Shown: positions 40,092 through 51,181 of the stretch, piece after piece
Numbering within the stretch: the stretch's first letter is position 1
Layout: each line of letters opens with the position of its first letter
Assembly (NCBI GenBank): GCA_043827405.1
Contig: JBDRPD010000039.1
Coordinates: 103,830 to 167,829, forward strand
Direction: 5' to 3'
Length of the DNA stretch: 64,000 nucleotides
From: Elusimicrobiota bacterium
GTDB lineage: Bacteria > Elusimicrobiota > Elusimicrobia > UBA1565
Position numbers and translations under genes: made by a program
Notes under the pieces: generated by a model
Database searches by the model: none
The model's input: the letters and a program-made list of their open reading frames with translations, nothing else
Told to the model about the DNA's origin: nothing

Positions 40092-41111
40092 ATGACCGCC
40101 TACTTCGCCCGGCGTTTTCTCCTGATCATTCCGACATTTCTCGGCGTCACGCTGCTGGTTTTCGCCGTGACCCGCTTCGTCCCCGGCGGCCCGGTCGAGC
40201 GCATGATTTCGGCGGCGCAGGCCATGCAGGGAGATACCATGGCCGGCACCGACCGGGTAGGCCAGGCGGCGCTGTCCGAAGAGCAGATTTCCCAGTTGAA
40301 GGAATACTACGGCCTCGATAAGCCGATTTTCATCAGCTACTTCCTGTGGATCAAGAAGGTCTTTCAGCTCGATCTGGGGCATTCTACCCGCTACAACGAG
40401 CCCGTCTGGAATCTTATTAAGGGGCGCTTCCCGATCTCGATCTTCTACGGGCTGGTCACTATCGTGCTGACCTATTCGATCTGCATCCCGCTGGGCGTGC
40501 TTAAGGCCATCAAGCATAAGACCGTGCTTGATAATGTCTCTTCGGTGTTCGTATTTATCGGCTATGCGATCCCGAACTACGTCGTCGGCATCTTCGTCCT
40601 TGTGCTGTTCGCTTCGCATTGGGAAATATTCCCGCTCGGCGGCTTTACCGGCGATGACTTCGAGGACCTGACTCTGCTGGGCAAGGCCGGAGATGTCCTC
40701 TATCATGCCGTCCTGCCGCTGACCGCCTATCTGGCGGGGAGCTTCGCGGTGATGACGTTCCTCATGAAAAATTCGCTGATGGACAACCTGGCGGCCGACT
40801 ATGTGCGCACGGCGATAGCCAAGGGCCGCGATTTCCACGGCGCGGTCGTCAAGCATGCGATGCGCAACTCCCTCATCCCCCTCGCCACCCACTTCGGCCG
40901 CAATATCTCGATGATCCTGATGGGCTCGTTTCTCGTCGAAACCATTTTCAATATCAACGGCTTCGGCCTGCTCGGCTTCGAATCGGTCGTCGAGCGCGAC
41001 TACCCCGTGGTGCTGGGCATCCTGGTCATATCGTCCCTGCTGTTTTTGATCGGCAATATCCTGTCGGATATCTGCGTGGCGATCGTGGACCCGCGCGTCA
41101 TGTTCAAATAG
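40092..41111 (+). CDS. Peptide ABC transporter permease (YejB/OppB-like)
   Basis: RRFLLIIPTFLG, VPGGPVE, DYVRTAIAKG EAA-like loop. Confidence 0.93.
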   Translation: MTAYFARRFLLIIPTFLGVTLLVFAVTRFVPGGPVERMISAAQAMQGDTMAGTDRVGQAALSEEQISQLKEYYGLDKPIFISYFLWIKKVFQLDLGHSTRYNEPVWNLIKGRFPISIFYGLVTIVLTYSICIPLGVLKAIKHKTVLDNVSSVFVFIGYAIPNYVVGIFVLVLFASHWEIFPLGGFTGDDFEDLTLLGKAGDVLYHAVLPLTAYLAGSFAVMTFLMKNSLMDNLAADYVRTAIAKGRDFHGAVVKHAMRNSLIPLATHFGRNISMILMGSFLVETIFNINGFGLLGFESVVERDYPVVLGILVISSLLFLIGNILSDICVAIVDPRVMFK

Positions 41112-41112
41112 T

Positions 41113-42162
41113 ATGCAGCTCCGGCTTGATCCTCTTACCCGGAAGAAGGTTGATCGCTTCAAGTCGATCAAGCGCGGCTACTACTCCGGCGTCATTCTCG
41201 TGGCCGCGATTCTGCTCTCGCTGATCGCCGAGCTCTTTGTAAACAACCGGGCGCTGCTGGTGCGCTACGAGGGCAAGTACTACCTGCCGACCTACGGCTC
41301 GATGCTCCCCGGTCGGACTTTCGGCCTCGACTATGATTACGAGACCAAGTACCGTGATCTGCAGAAGCATTTCCGCGAGGACGGGCGGGGGAACTTCGTT
41401 CTCATGCCGCCGGCGCCCTACAGCGCTTACGAGAATGATCTGAGGGAAGGTATTTACCCTCCGACGCCGCCGGACTTCGCGAGCCGGCATTATCTGGGGA
41501 CCGACACCTCGGGGCGGGACGTCCTGGCGCGCCTGGTCTACGGCTTCCGTACGGCGATATTCTTCTCCCTGCTGCTCTTGACCTGCAACTATACGATCGG
41601 AATCTCGATCGGCTGCGCGATGGGGTATTTCGGCGGCAAGTTCGACCTGTTCTTCCAGCGCATCATCGAGATCTGGTCGAATGTCCCGTTCCTCTACATT
41701 ATTATCATTGTATCGTCGATTATGGTCCCGAACTTCCTGACGCTGATGCTTATCATGCTGTTCTTCGGCTGGATGCAGATGACCTGGTATATGCGGACCA
41801 TCACCTACAAGCAGAAGAGCCGCGACTACGTGCTGGCGGCGCGCGCTTTGGGCGCCACCGACGCGTACATCATTTTCCGGCATATCATCCCGAATACGGT
41901 ATCGATTATCGTAACCTTCATGCCCTTCGCCATCTCCTACGGGGTGGTGGTCCTGACCTCCCTGGACTATCTCGGCTTCGGGCTGCCGGCGCCGACGCCG
42001 AGCTGGGGCGAGCTGCTCAAGCAGGGCACGGCGAATCTGGATTCCATGTGGATCGCGATGTCGGTCGTCTGTTCGATGATCGTGCTCCTGACCATGGTGA
42101 CCTTCGTCGGCGAGGCCGTGCGCGAGGCCTCCGACCCTAAAAAACACACGATCTATGAGTGA
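41113..42162 (+). CDS. Peptide ABC transporter permease (YejE/OppC-like)
   Basis: LGTDTSGRDVLARLVYGFR, DYVLAARALG, PSWGELL. Confidence 0.93.
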   Translation: MQLRLDPLTRKKVDRFKSIKRGYYSGVILVAAILLSLIAELFVNNRALLVRYEGKYYLPTYGSMLPGRTFGLDYDYETKYRDLQKHFREDGRGNFVLMPPAPYSAYENDLREGIYPPTPPDFASRHYLGTDTSGRDVLARLVYGFRTAIFFSLLLLTCNYTIGISIGCAMGYFGGKFDLFFQRIIEIWSNVPFLYIIIIVSSIMVPNFLTLMLIMLFFGWMQMTWYMRTITYKQKSRDYVLAARALGATDAYIIFRHIIPNTVSIIVTFMPFAISYGVVVLTSLDYLGFGLPAPTPSWGELLKQGTANLDSMWIAMSVVCSMIVLLTMVTFVGEAVREASDPKKHTIYE

Positions 42163-42181
42163 ACACCCAAGAGGTGCGATT

Positions 42182-44062
42182 ATGAAGCGTTTTGCGATGC
42201 TGGCCTTGGCGGTGGCGCTCGTCGGAGCCGCCTGTTCGAAGAAGGCCGAGGAAGCGGTCAAGGACGGGGTGAAAGCATCAGCCGCCGACGACGCCGCGCT
42301 GTTTAATGAGCCTTTTGTCGAGCAGGGCGTGCTGCCCAAGGACATTAAGTGGCTGACCAACGACAAGGATCCGGTATTCGCCTCGCCCCAGGCCAAGAAG
42401 GGCGGGACCTTCTATACCTATATGCTGTCGTTTCCTCTGACCCTGCGCACCGTCGGCCCGGACTCAAACGGCGCCTTCCGCTCGTTTCTGCTCGACAACC
42501 AGATGGGCGCGCTGAGCCTGCATCCTGAGACCGGGAACATCGTCCCGGCGCTGGCCACGCACTGGGCGGCGGGCAAGGACCAGAAGACGCTCTACCTGAA
42601 GCTCGATCCCCGGGCGCGCTGGTCGGACGGCGTGCCGGTGACCGCGCTCGATTTCGCCTTCGCGCTGAAATTCTATCGTTCAAAGGATATCGTCGCACCC
42701 TGGTACAACACCTACTACGAAGAGAAATTCGAGAAAGTCGTGGTGTTCGACGACCATACCTTCGCCCTCGTCGGCAAGGAGCGCAAGAACCTGATGGACA
42801 TGGCCTACTACTACGCCATCGGGCCGCGCGCGCGCCACTTCCACAAGCTCGACAAGGACTGGGTCAGGGACTATAACTGGAAGATCGAGCCCAATACCGG
42901 GCCCTACAAGGTCACCAAGGTCGAGAAGGGGAAGTACGTGATCTTCAAGCGCAAGCCGGACTGGTGGGCGAAGGATCTTAAGTACATGCGCAACCGCTTT
43001 AATGTGGACAAGGTGAAGATTTCAGTCATCCGCGACCGCAATATCGCCTGGGAGCACTTCAAAAAGGGGAAGATCGACACCTTCGACCTCGTCATACCCG
43101 ACTACTGGCACAAGAAGTCCAATATCCCCATGTTCGAGAAGGGCTACGCCCATAAGCTGTGGTTCTACCACGACCGGCCTCAGCCGGTGACGGCGCTCTA
43201 CATGAACCAGGCGCTCGACATGTTCAAGGACCGGGACGTGCGCATCGCCTTCGCCTACGCGATGAACGTCGACAAGGTCCTCAAGACCGTGCTCCGCGGC
43301 GACTACGACCGCCTGCACACCAACACCTTGGGGCACGGCAAGTTCTACAATGAAAAGATCCGGGCGCGGCCGTTCGACCTGCAAAAGGCCGAGGCGCACC
43401 TGGTCAAGGCGGGGTGGGGCAAGCGCGGCGCCGACGGCATCCGCGTCAAGGACGGCAAGCGCCTTTCCGCACGCGTCACCTACGGCGTCCCGCATCATAC
43501 CGACCGCCTCGTCATCCTCAAGGAGGAGGCGAAGAAGGCAGGCATCGAGCTGACCTTGCAGCTGCTGGACTCGGCGTCGTCGTTTAAGTCGATGCTCGAG
43601 AAGCAGCATGAGATCGCCTACACCGGCTGGGGGGCCCAGGACCGCATGCAGTACTGGGGCCAGTACCATTCGGTGAACGCCAGCAAGCCCCAGACCAACA
43701 ACTTTTCGAACACCGCCGATCCGAAGCTCGATAAGCTCATTGAGGCTTACCGCAGCGAGTTCTCCCAGGAGAAGAAGCAGGCGCTGGCGCGCGAGATCCA
43801 GCAGGTCCTGCACGATGAGGTCTACTATATCCCGCTCTACGCTGCGCCCTATATCCGTACCGGCTACTGGCGCTGGGTGAAGCTGCCGGACCCGCCGGCC
43901 ACCAAGCACTCCAAAGATATGTTCGTCTACCCGTTTGACGGCGATTGGGGAGGCACCTACTGGATCGACGAGGAGACGCGCAAGGAGACCGAGGCGGCGA
44001 TGAAGGCCGGCAAAACGTTCGAGGCGGTCACGATCGTCGATAAGAGGAACAAGAAAGGCTGA
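42182..44062 (+). CDS. Family 5 solute-binding lipoprotein (YejA-like)
   Basis: Lipobox GAAC, ARWSDGVPVTA, TGPY. GAGG RBS before MKRFAM. Confidence 0.9.
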   Translation: MKRFAMLALAVALVGAACSKKAEEAVKDGVKASAADDAALFNEPFVEQGVLPKDIKWLTNDKDPVFASPQAKKGGTFYTYMLSFPLTLRTVGPDSNGAFRSFLLDNQMGALSLHPETGNIVPALATHWAAGKDQKTLYLKLDPRARWSDGVPVTALDFAFALKFYRSKDIVAPWYNTYYEEKFEKVVVFDDHTFALVGKERKNLMDMAYYYAIGPRARHFHKLDKDWVRDYNWKIEPNTGPYKVTKVEKGKYVIFKRKPDWWAKDLKYMRNRFNVDKVKISVIRDRNIAWEHFKKGKIDTFDLVIPDYWHKKSNIPMFEKGYAHKLWFYHDRPQPVTALYMNQALDMFKDRDVRIAFAYAMNVDKVLKTVLRGDYDRLHTNTLGHGKFYNEKIRARPFDLQKAEAHLVKAGWGKRGADGIRVKDGKRLSARVTYGVPHHTDRLVILKEEAKKAGIELTLQLLDSASSFKSMLEKQHEIAYTGWGAQDRMQYWGQYHSVNASKPQTNNFSNTADPKLDKLIEAYRSEFSQEKKQALAREIQQVLHDEVYYIPLYAAPYIRTGYWRWVKLPDPPATKHSKDMFVYPFDGDWGGTYWIDEETRKETEAAMKAGKTFEAVTIVDKRNKKG

Positions 44063-44068
44063 GCGCGT

Positions 44069-45048
44069 ATGGGCGAAAACCTGCTTGAAGTCAAGGACCT
44101 GCGCGTCCGCTTCGATACCGAGGCGGGGCCGGTGCACGTCGTGCGCGGCATCGATTTCGAGCTCGCCAAGGGCCGCACCCTCGGGATCGTCGGCGAATCG
44201 GGCTCGGGCAAGAGCGTGACGTCGCTGGCCATAATGCGCCTGCTGCCGAAGCCCTCGGGTGTCGTCGAGGGCGGGGAGATATTCATGGGGGGCGAGGATA
44301 TTTCCAAGATCCCCGCCAAAGAGATGACGAAGATCCGCGGCAACCGCATCTCGATGATTTTCCAGGAGCCGATGACCGCGCTCAACCCCGTGCACAAGGT
44401 GCGCGACCAGCTGGGGGAGAGCTATATTCTGCATCACCCGCAGATGAAGCCGCCGGAGATCAAGGCGGCATCGATCAAGCTGCTTGAAGACGTCGGGATC
44501 CCCGATCCGACCAAGCGCATGGAAGAGTATCCGCATCAGCTTTCGGGCGGCATGCGGCAGCGGGTCATGATCGCGATCGCTTTGGCCTGCCGGCCGGACA
44601 TCCTCATCGCCGATGAGCCGACGACGGCTCTTGATGTCACGATTCAGGCGCAGATCCTGACCTTGATGAAGCGCCTGCAGGCGGAATACGGCATGTCGAT
44701 CATCTTTATCACGCATGACTTGGGCGTTATCGCCGAGGTCTGCGATGAGGTCGTCGTCATGTACGCCGGCCGCATCGTCGAACGGGCGCCGATCGTGGAG
44801 CTGTTTAAGAGCCCGAAGCACCCCTACACCAAGGGCCTGCTCGAGTCGATTCCGCGCCTGGAGAGCAAGCGCAAGACCATGCTCAGCACCATCCCGGGCA
44901 TGGTGCCGGACTTCGCCAAGCTGCCGCGCGGCTGCAGCTTTCAAAACCGCTGCCGCTATGTCGACGAGCGCTGCCAGGTGCAGACGCCTCCGCCGGTGGT
45001 CGTGGGCGAAGGGCGCCTGAGCCGCTGCGTGAAGACCGAGGAGCTCGG

Positions 45049-45052
<4 letters not shown>
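44069..45052 (+). CDS. oppD: Peptide ABC transporter ATP-binding protein
   Basis: [25 protein letters not shown]-terminal Cys cluster. Confidence 0.92.
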
Positions 45053-46044
<992 letters not shown>

Positions 46045-46080
46045 GACCGTCCAGCGTTCGACGATGCATCGGCTTCCTCT

Positions 46081-46133
46081 ATTGTTCCAATGCAAACAAT
46101 TGATTAGACATGCAAGGGTGCGGCGGGTACACT
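46081..46133 (+). promoter_or_regulatory. Promoter of 2-oxoacid dehydrogenase operon with upstream dyad
   Basis: TAGACA-N17-TACACT (46105-46133) preceded by ATTGTT-N8-AACAAT. Confidence 0.5.
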
Positions 46134-46145
46134 GATAGGGTACCT

Positions 46146-47273
46146 ATGCCTATAGAAACTGTCGCGCAGACGAAAACCGAGCGCATCAAGATCCTGGATG
46201 TCGATGGCCGCGTCGACCGGACGCTATCGGCCGGTATGGACGCCAAGATGATGCGGACGATCTATGAGAAGATGGTCCAGCTGCGCGTATTCGATGAGCG
46301 CGCCTTCAAGCTGCAGCGGCAGGGCCGGTTGGGGACCTATCCGCAAATCCTCGGGCAGGAGGCTACCCAGATCGTCCCCGCGCTGTGTTTGCGGGACAAG
46401 GATTGGCTGGTTCCGACCTATCGCGGGCATGGCGCCTACTTCGCGCGAGGCGTAAGGCTGATGGAGAGCCTGCTGTACTGGGGCGGTGACCACCGTTTCG
46501 GACGTTCCATGGCCGGGACCTGCAACTTCGATTTCGCGGTGCCGGTGGGCTCGCATATGACGCAGGCCGCCGGTCTCGCCTGGGCGCAGCAGCTGAGAAA
46601 ATCCGGCGACGTGGTCCTGTGCTATTCGGGCGACGGCGGGTCCTCGAAGGGGGATTTCCATGAGGCCCTGACTTTTGCCGGAGTGCGGAAGCTGCCGCTG
46701 GTCGTGCTTATTGAAAATAATCAGTATGCGATATCCACCCCGCGTGCCGCCCAGTGCGGAGCGCCGACCTTGGCGCAGAAGGCCCACGGCTACGGCATTC
46801 ACGGCGTGCAGGCGGACGGCAATGATCCCTTGGCCGTCTACCGGACCGTCAACGAGGCCGTTGCGCGCGGCCGTCAGGGCGGCGGGGCGAGCGTCGTCGA
46901 ATGCGTCACCTATCGCATGGGCCACCATACGACGGCCGATGACGCCAACCGCTATCGCAGTAAAGAAGAGACGGAGAGTTGGCGGAAAAAAGACCCTATC
47001 GAACGTCTGCGCAAGTACCTCGGGGCGGAGGGCCTCCTGACGCCGGCGGACGACGAGAGGATTAGCCGAGAGGCGGAGCTTATGGTGCAGGCCGAGGTTA
47101 AGGCCTACGAGGAATTCGGGCCGCCCAATCCGCTCGACATGTTCGCGCACAATTACGCGCAGGCGCCGTGGCATCTGATCGAACAGCGGACGGAGCTGGA
47201 GAACCTTCTCGAGGATAAACGCTACCGCAACGAGATCGAGGAACTGCCGGCCGCCGAAGGCCGGTTTCCGTAA
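46146..47273 (+). CDS. pdhA: Pyruvate/branched-chain 2-oxoacid dehydrogenase E1 alpha
   Basis: LQRQGR, GQEA, TPP motif GDG...NNQYAIS, YRMGHHTTADD. Substrate specificity not resolvable. Confidence 0.9.
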   Translation: MPIETVAQTKTERIKILDVDGRVDRTLSAGMDAKMMRTIYEKMVQLRVFDERAFKLQRQGRLGTYPQILGQEATQIVPALCLRDKDWLVPTYRGHGAYFARGVRLMESLLYWGGDHRFGRSMAGTCNFDFAVPVGSHMTQAAGLAWAQQLRKSGDVVLCYSGDGGSSKGDFHEALTFAGVRKLPLVVLIENNQYAISTPRAAQCGAPTLAQKAHGYGIHGVQADGNDPLAVYRTVNEAVARGRQGGGASVVECVTYRMGHHTTADDANRYRSKEETESWRKKDPIERLRKYLGAEGLLTPADDERISREAELMVQAEVKAYEEFGPPNPLDMFAHNYAQAPWHLIEQRTELENLLEDKRYRNEIEELPAAEGRFP

Positions 47274-47284
47274 GCGGGGGGACT

Positions 47285-48283
47285 ATGGCCCAGATGAATT
47301 TACTGCAGGGAATCAACGCCGGTCTCCGACTGGCGATGGAAGACGATGACAGGGTCGTGGTCTTCGGCGAGGACGTGGGCAAAAACGGCGGCGTGTTTCG
47401 CGTGACCGACGGCTTGCAGCAAACCTTCGGTGCGGAGCGTGTCGTCGACACTCCTTTGGCCGAGCTGGGGATCGTCGGAGCCGCGGTCGGTCTGGCCGCG
47501 GCCGGCTACCGGCCGGTATGCGAGATTCAGTTCAGCGGTTTTCTGCCGTCGGTGATGGATCAGGTGATGTGCCACCTCGGCCGGATGCGCAACCGGACCC
47601 AGGGGCGGACCACGCTGCCGCTGGTGATCCGGGCGCCTATGGGCGGTCTGATTCACGCGCCGGAGCACCACTCCGAGAGCCTGGAAGCCCATTTTACCCA
47701 TACGCCCGGCATCAAGGTCGTGATGCCGTCGACTCCCGAAGACGCGAAGGGCCTGATGCTGGCCGCGATCAGGGATCCCGATCCCGTCATCTATTTTGAG
47801 CCGAAGCGCCTTTATCGATCCGCTCTGGGCGAGGTCCCGGCTGGGCGTCGAGAGACGCCGATCGGCAAAGCGCGCATCGCGCGCGAAGGCGGCGATATTA
47901 CGCTTATCACCTGGGGCGCCATGGTGCATACCTGCATGAAGGCCGCCATTGAGTTGGGCCAAGGCGGCATTTCCGCCGAAGTGCTGGATCTGCGCACTCT
48001 CACGCCCCTCGATCTGGACGCGGTCCTGGCCTCGGTGAGAAAGACCGGGCATGCCCTTATCGCCCACGAAGCGCCCAATACCGGCTCCTGGGCGGCGGAG
48101 ATCAGTTCGCTTATCCATGAGCGGGCTTTCCGCGACCTGAAGGCGCCGGTAAGCCGGATCGGTTCCTGGGACATCCGCCAGCCGCTGTTCCGGCTGGAGA
48201 AGCACTATATCCCCGACGTGCACCGGATCGCGAAAGGGGCGCGGCGAACGATCGGCGCCCTGCGCTCTGGCGCCAGCGTATGA
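47285..48283 (+). CDS. pdhB: Pyruvate/branched-chain 2-oxoacid dehydrogenase E1 beta
   Basis: GEDVGKNGGVFRVT, DTPLAE, EIQF, EHHSES, DLRTLTPLD. Confidence 0.9.
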   Translation: MAQMNLLQGINAGLRLAMEDDDRVVVFGEDVGKNGGVFRVTDGLQQTFGAERVVDTPLAELGIVGAAVGLAAAGYRPVCEIQFSGFLPSVMDQVMCHLGRMRNRTQGRTTLPLVIRAPMGGLIHAPEHHSESLEAHFTHTPGIKVVMPSTPEDAKGLMLAAIRDPDPVIYFEPKRLYRSALGEVPAGRRETPIGKARIAREGGDITLITWGAMVHTCMKAAIELGQGGISAEVLDLRTLTPLDLDAVLASVRKTGHALIAHEAPNTGSWAAEISSLIHERAFRDLKAPVSRIGSWDIRQPLFRLEKHYIPDVHRIAKGARRTIGALRSGASV

Positions 48284-48326
48284 TAGTTGATATGCTCACC
48301 CGGCAGCCGGCAAGCAAGGAGCGTCT

Positions 48327-48566
48327 ATGGTATTTGAATTCAAGCTGCCCGATCTGGGCGAGGGTCTCATCGAGGCGGAGGTCGTCAAATGGCTGGTGAA
48401 GGAGGGCGACCCGGTGCAGGAGGATCAAAACCTGGCCGAGATCCTGACCGACAAGGCCATGATCGAGCTGCCGTCTCCGAAGGCGGGCAAGATCGTCAAG
48501 CTGCATGCGCCGGAGGGGGCGAAAGTCAAAGTGGGCGAGATCCTTTTGGCGATCGAGGAGAGCTGA
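48327..48566 (+). CDS. Stand-alone lipoyl domain
   Basis: FKLPDLGEGL, TDKA lipoyl-lysine motif, AAGGAG RBS, TGA directly after the domain. Confidence 0.88.
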   Translation: MVFEFKLPDLGEGLIEAEVVKWLVKEGDPVQEDQNLAEILTDKAMIELPSPKAGKIVKLHAPEGAKVKVGEILLAIEES

Positions 48567-49258
48567 ACCTCGAGGAGCGAGTCCCCTACCGCCTGATCCG
48601 GCGCCGCACGGGCGAGAAGATGGTCGAGTCGATGCGCAGGATTCCGCATGTAAGCCATTGCGAGGAAGCCGACGTTACGGAGCTTGCCGCGCTGCGCGAA
48701 GAGCTTAAGCCCGCGGCCGAGAAGCGCGGCCGCAAGCTGACCTTTCTGCCCTTCATCGCCAAGGCGCTGGTCACGGCGCTCAAAGAGTTCCCGTCTTTAA
48801 ACGCGGTCCTCGACGAAGAGAAGCAGGAAATCGTCCTGAAAAAATACTACAACCTCGGCGTCGCCGTGGCGGCGGAGCAGGGGCTTATCGTCCCCGTGGT
48901 CAAAAACGCGGAGCGCAAGGACCTCTGGGAGCTGGGCGGTGAGATCGCCGAGCTGGCCGGCCAGGTACGGGCCAATCGCATCAAGCTTCAAGATATCCAG
49001 GGCGGGACGTTTACCATCACCAATATCGGCCCCATCGGCGGGCTCTATGCCACGCCGATCATTCTGCATCCCCAAACCGGCATCCTCGCGCTGATGAAGA
49101 TGCGCGAGGAGCCCAAGGTCCGCGGCGGCGAGATCGTCATCCGCAAAGTGATGAACCTGGTGCTGTCATTCGACCACCGCGTCCTTGACGGCGCCGAGGC
49201 GGCGCGCTTTATGGCGCGCCTCGTCGACCTCATCGAAGCTCCCCGTCAGTTGCTATAA
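48563..49258 (+). CDS. E2 acyltransferase catalytic domain only (start uncertain: CTG 48563 or ATG 48620)
   Basis: KLTFLPF, GTFTITNIG, catalytic DHRVLDG. In the -1 frame relative to the lipoyl ORF. Confidence 0.8.
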   Translation: MNLEERVPYRLIRRRTGEKMVESMRRIPHVSHCEEADVTELAALREELKPAAEKRGRKLTFLPFIAKALVTALKEFPSLNAVLDEEKQEIVLKKYYNLGVAVAAEQGLIVPVVKNAERKDLWELGGEIAELAGQVRANRIKLQDIQGGTFTITNIGPIGGLYATPIILHPQTGILALMKMREEPKVRGGEIVIRKVMNLVLSFDHRVLDGAEAARFMARLVDLIEAPRQLL

Positions 49259-49283
49259 TCCCTCAGCCGTACGACGGGGGGAT

Positions 49284-50201
49284 ATGAACGTCGCTCGCTG
49301 TCAGGGATGCACCCGGAAGCTGCCGGCCGCTGCGGCGATATGCGCGCTGCTGCTGGTCATCCCTTTCTGGCTCTTTCCGCTGCGCATATATGAAGTCTCG
49401 GCGGCCCTCCGCCTATGGCGGGCCGGGGTGCGCTATGAGCGCGTATCCGGTCTGCGGACGCTGGTCCGGGACTACTGCGAGGAGGGCCGCGCCTGCCGCT
49501 GCGTCGCTTTGGTGCACGGATTGGGCGACTCGGCCGTCACCTGGGAGCGCATCCTGACGGCGCGCGGGGAGATGCGGGGCAGCCGGCTCTACGCCTTCAA
49601 TATGCCCGGCACCGACGGTTCCGCGCCGCCGCCGACCGCCGCCGGCTACGGCATCAAGGAACAATCGGGCGCGCTGGCGCGCGCCATGCAAAGCCGCTGC
49701 GCGTCGTGGACGCTGGCCGGCAACAGCCTCGGCGGCTGGATCGCCGCTTGGACCGCGCTGGACTGGCCGCAGGGAGTCGAGCGTCTGGTGCTGATCGGCA
49801 CGGCGGGGCTGCGCGATCCCAGCGGCATGAGCCGGCGTTCCGGCGAGGCTCTGCTCGAAGCTTCACCGGAGACCATGGCGCTGTTTATGAGCAAGGCCTA
49901 CCACCGGCCGCGCAAGATTCCGCCGCGGGCTTTGGCGCAGATTTCCGAACGCGTGCGCGGGCGCCCGACCCGCGCCATCCTCGAGGCGATTGAGGATGAG
50001 GATTACCTGGACGGGCATATCGGGAAACTGGGAGTTCCGACTTCCATTATCTGGGGAGCCTCCGACGGCATCGTGCCGCCGTCCCAGGGTGAACTATTCC
50101 ATCGCGCCCTTTCCGGTTCAACGCTCGATATCGTCCCCGCCTGCGGGCATTTGCCGCAGAAGGAATGTCCGGGCGCCGTGTTTAAGGCCTTGCGGCGCTA
50201 G
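49284..50201 (+). CDS. Alpha/beta-fold hydrolase with N-terminal anchor
   Basis: VHGLG, nucleophile elbow GNSLGG, WGASD, CGHLP. Confidence 0.88.
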   Translation: MNVARCQGCTRKLPAAAAICALLLVIPFWLFPLRIYEVSAALRLWRAGVRYERVSGLRTLVRDYCEEGRACRCVALVHGLGDSAVTWERILTARGEMRGSRLYAFNMPGTDGSAPPPTAAGYGIKEQSGALARAMQSRCASWTLAGNSLGGWIAAWTALDWPQGVERLVLIGTAGLRDPSGMSRRSGEALLEASPETMALFMSKAYHRPRKIPPRALAQISERVRGRPTRAILEAIEDEDYLDGHIGKLGVPTSIIWGASDGIVPPSQGELFHRALSGSTLDIVPACGHLPQKECPGAVFKALRR

Positions 50202-50272
50202 GCCGTCCGGCCCGGCCGCGCGAAGGCCGATCGACCCTTTCGAATTAACGAATTTCACCGCAAAATAAAGGC

Positions 50273-51181
50273 ATGAGGCTGCATTCGGTCGTGCTCGGTT
50301 TGGCGCTCCTGCTGGGCGCGGCGCCGGGCGAAGCCCTGGTCAAGATCAAGCTGGCGCCGGCGTCGCTGTCTTCGGTGCAGGGGATCGGACAGCTGGGCGT
50401 CTTGCCGGGCGCCGGCGGCTCGATCCTGTCGGCGCCGCTGCTGCGGCAGAACCTCAAGTTCGATTCGTTTTTGCCGAACGTCCTGCCGCAGGTCAAGGCC
50501 CCGGGAATCTCGGCGCCGGTCAAGACGCAGCGGACGGCCAAAGAAGCGCTTACCGTCCTTAGCGCCAAGGATTCCAAGCGTACCGAGAGCGCCAAATTCT
50601 CGGCCGTCTTTGACGGCGTCGCGCCGCCGGTCAAGCTGGCCATCGTCGGCCCGCCGGGATCGGGGAAATCCACCCAGGCGAAGCTGCTGGCCAAGGACCT
50701 GGGCGTCGTGCATATCTCCGCCGGACAGCTGCTGCGCGAGCATGCGCGGAACCATCCCGCGGTGGCGCAGCGCATGAACGCGGGAAAACTTGTGGATACC
50801 GATTTGGTCATGGGCGTCGTCCGTGAACGGCTGTCGCGGCCCGACGTCCAGCGCCGCGGCTTCATCCTCGACGGATTTCCGCGGCGCCTGGTGGAAGAGG
50901 AGGCGCTGACGGAGATGCTGGGCCGGGAGGGCGCGATCGACGCCATGATCCGCCTGGACGTGCCGGAAGCCGAGCTCCTGCGCCGCATCCAGGCGCGGGG
51001 CCGCGCCGACGACAGCGCAGAGGTCTTTCGCGAACGGATGAAGGTCTACCACGAGCAGACCGAGCCCGCGATCGAGAAGCTCGGCCGCAGCGCGTCCGTC
51101 ATCAGGCCGCGCGACGCCGCGGGCAAGGTGGAAGCGATCTACCGCGATATTCTGTCCGCGGTGCGCGGCCTCTTTAACTGA
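50273..51181 (+). CDS. Adenylate kinase domain (short LID) fused to signal peptide and leader
   Basis: P-loop GPPGSGKST, HISAGQLLR, GKLV, FILDGFPR, RGRADD after a roughly 118-aa N-terminal extension. Confidence 0.88.
   Translation: MRLHSVVLGLALLLGAAPGEALVKIKLAPASLSSVQGIGQLGVLPGAGGSILSAPLLRQNLKFDSFLPNVLPQVKAPGISAPVKTQRTAKEALTVLSAKDSKRTESAKFSAVFDGVAPPVKLAIVGPPGSGKSTQAKLLAKDLGVVHISAGQLLREHARNHPAVAQRMNAGKLVDTDLVMGVVRERLSRPDVQRRGFILDGFPRRLVEEEALTEMLGREGAIDAMIRLDVPEAELLRRIQARGRADDSAEVFRERMKVYHEQTEPAIEKLGRSASVIRPRDAAGKVEAIYRDILSAVRGLFN

Noticed and set aside
48541..48566. Programmed -1 frameshift joining lipoyl and E2 domains
   Set aside because: No canonical X XXY YYZ slippery heptamer in frame, and a fusion would lack any swinging-arm linker. 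Kept only as an alternative.
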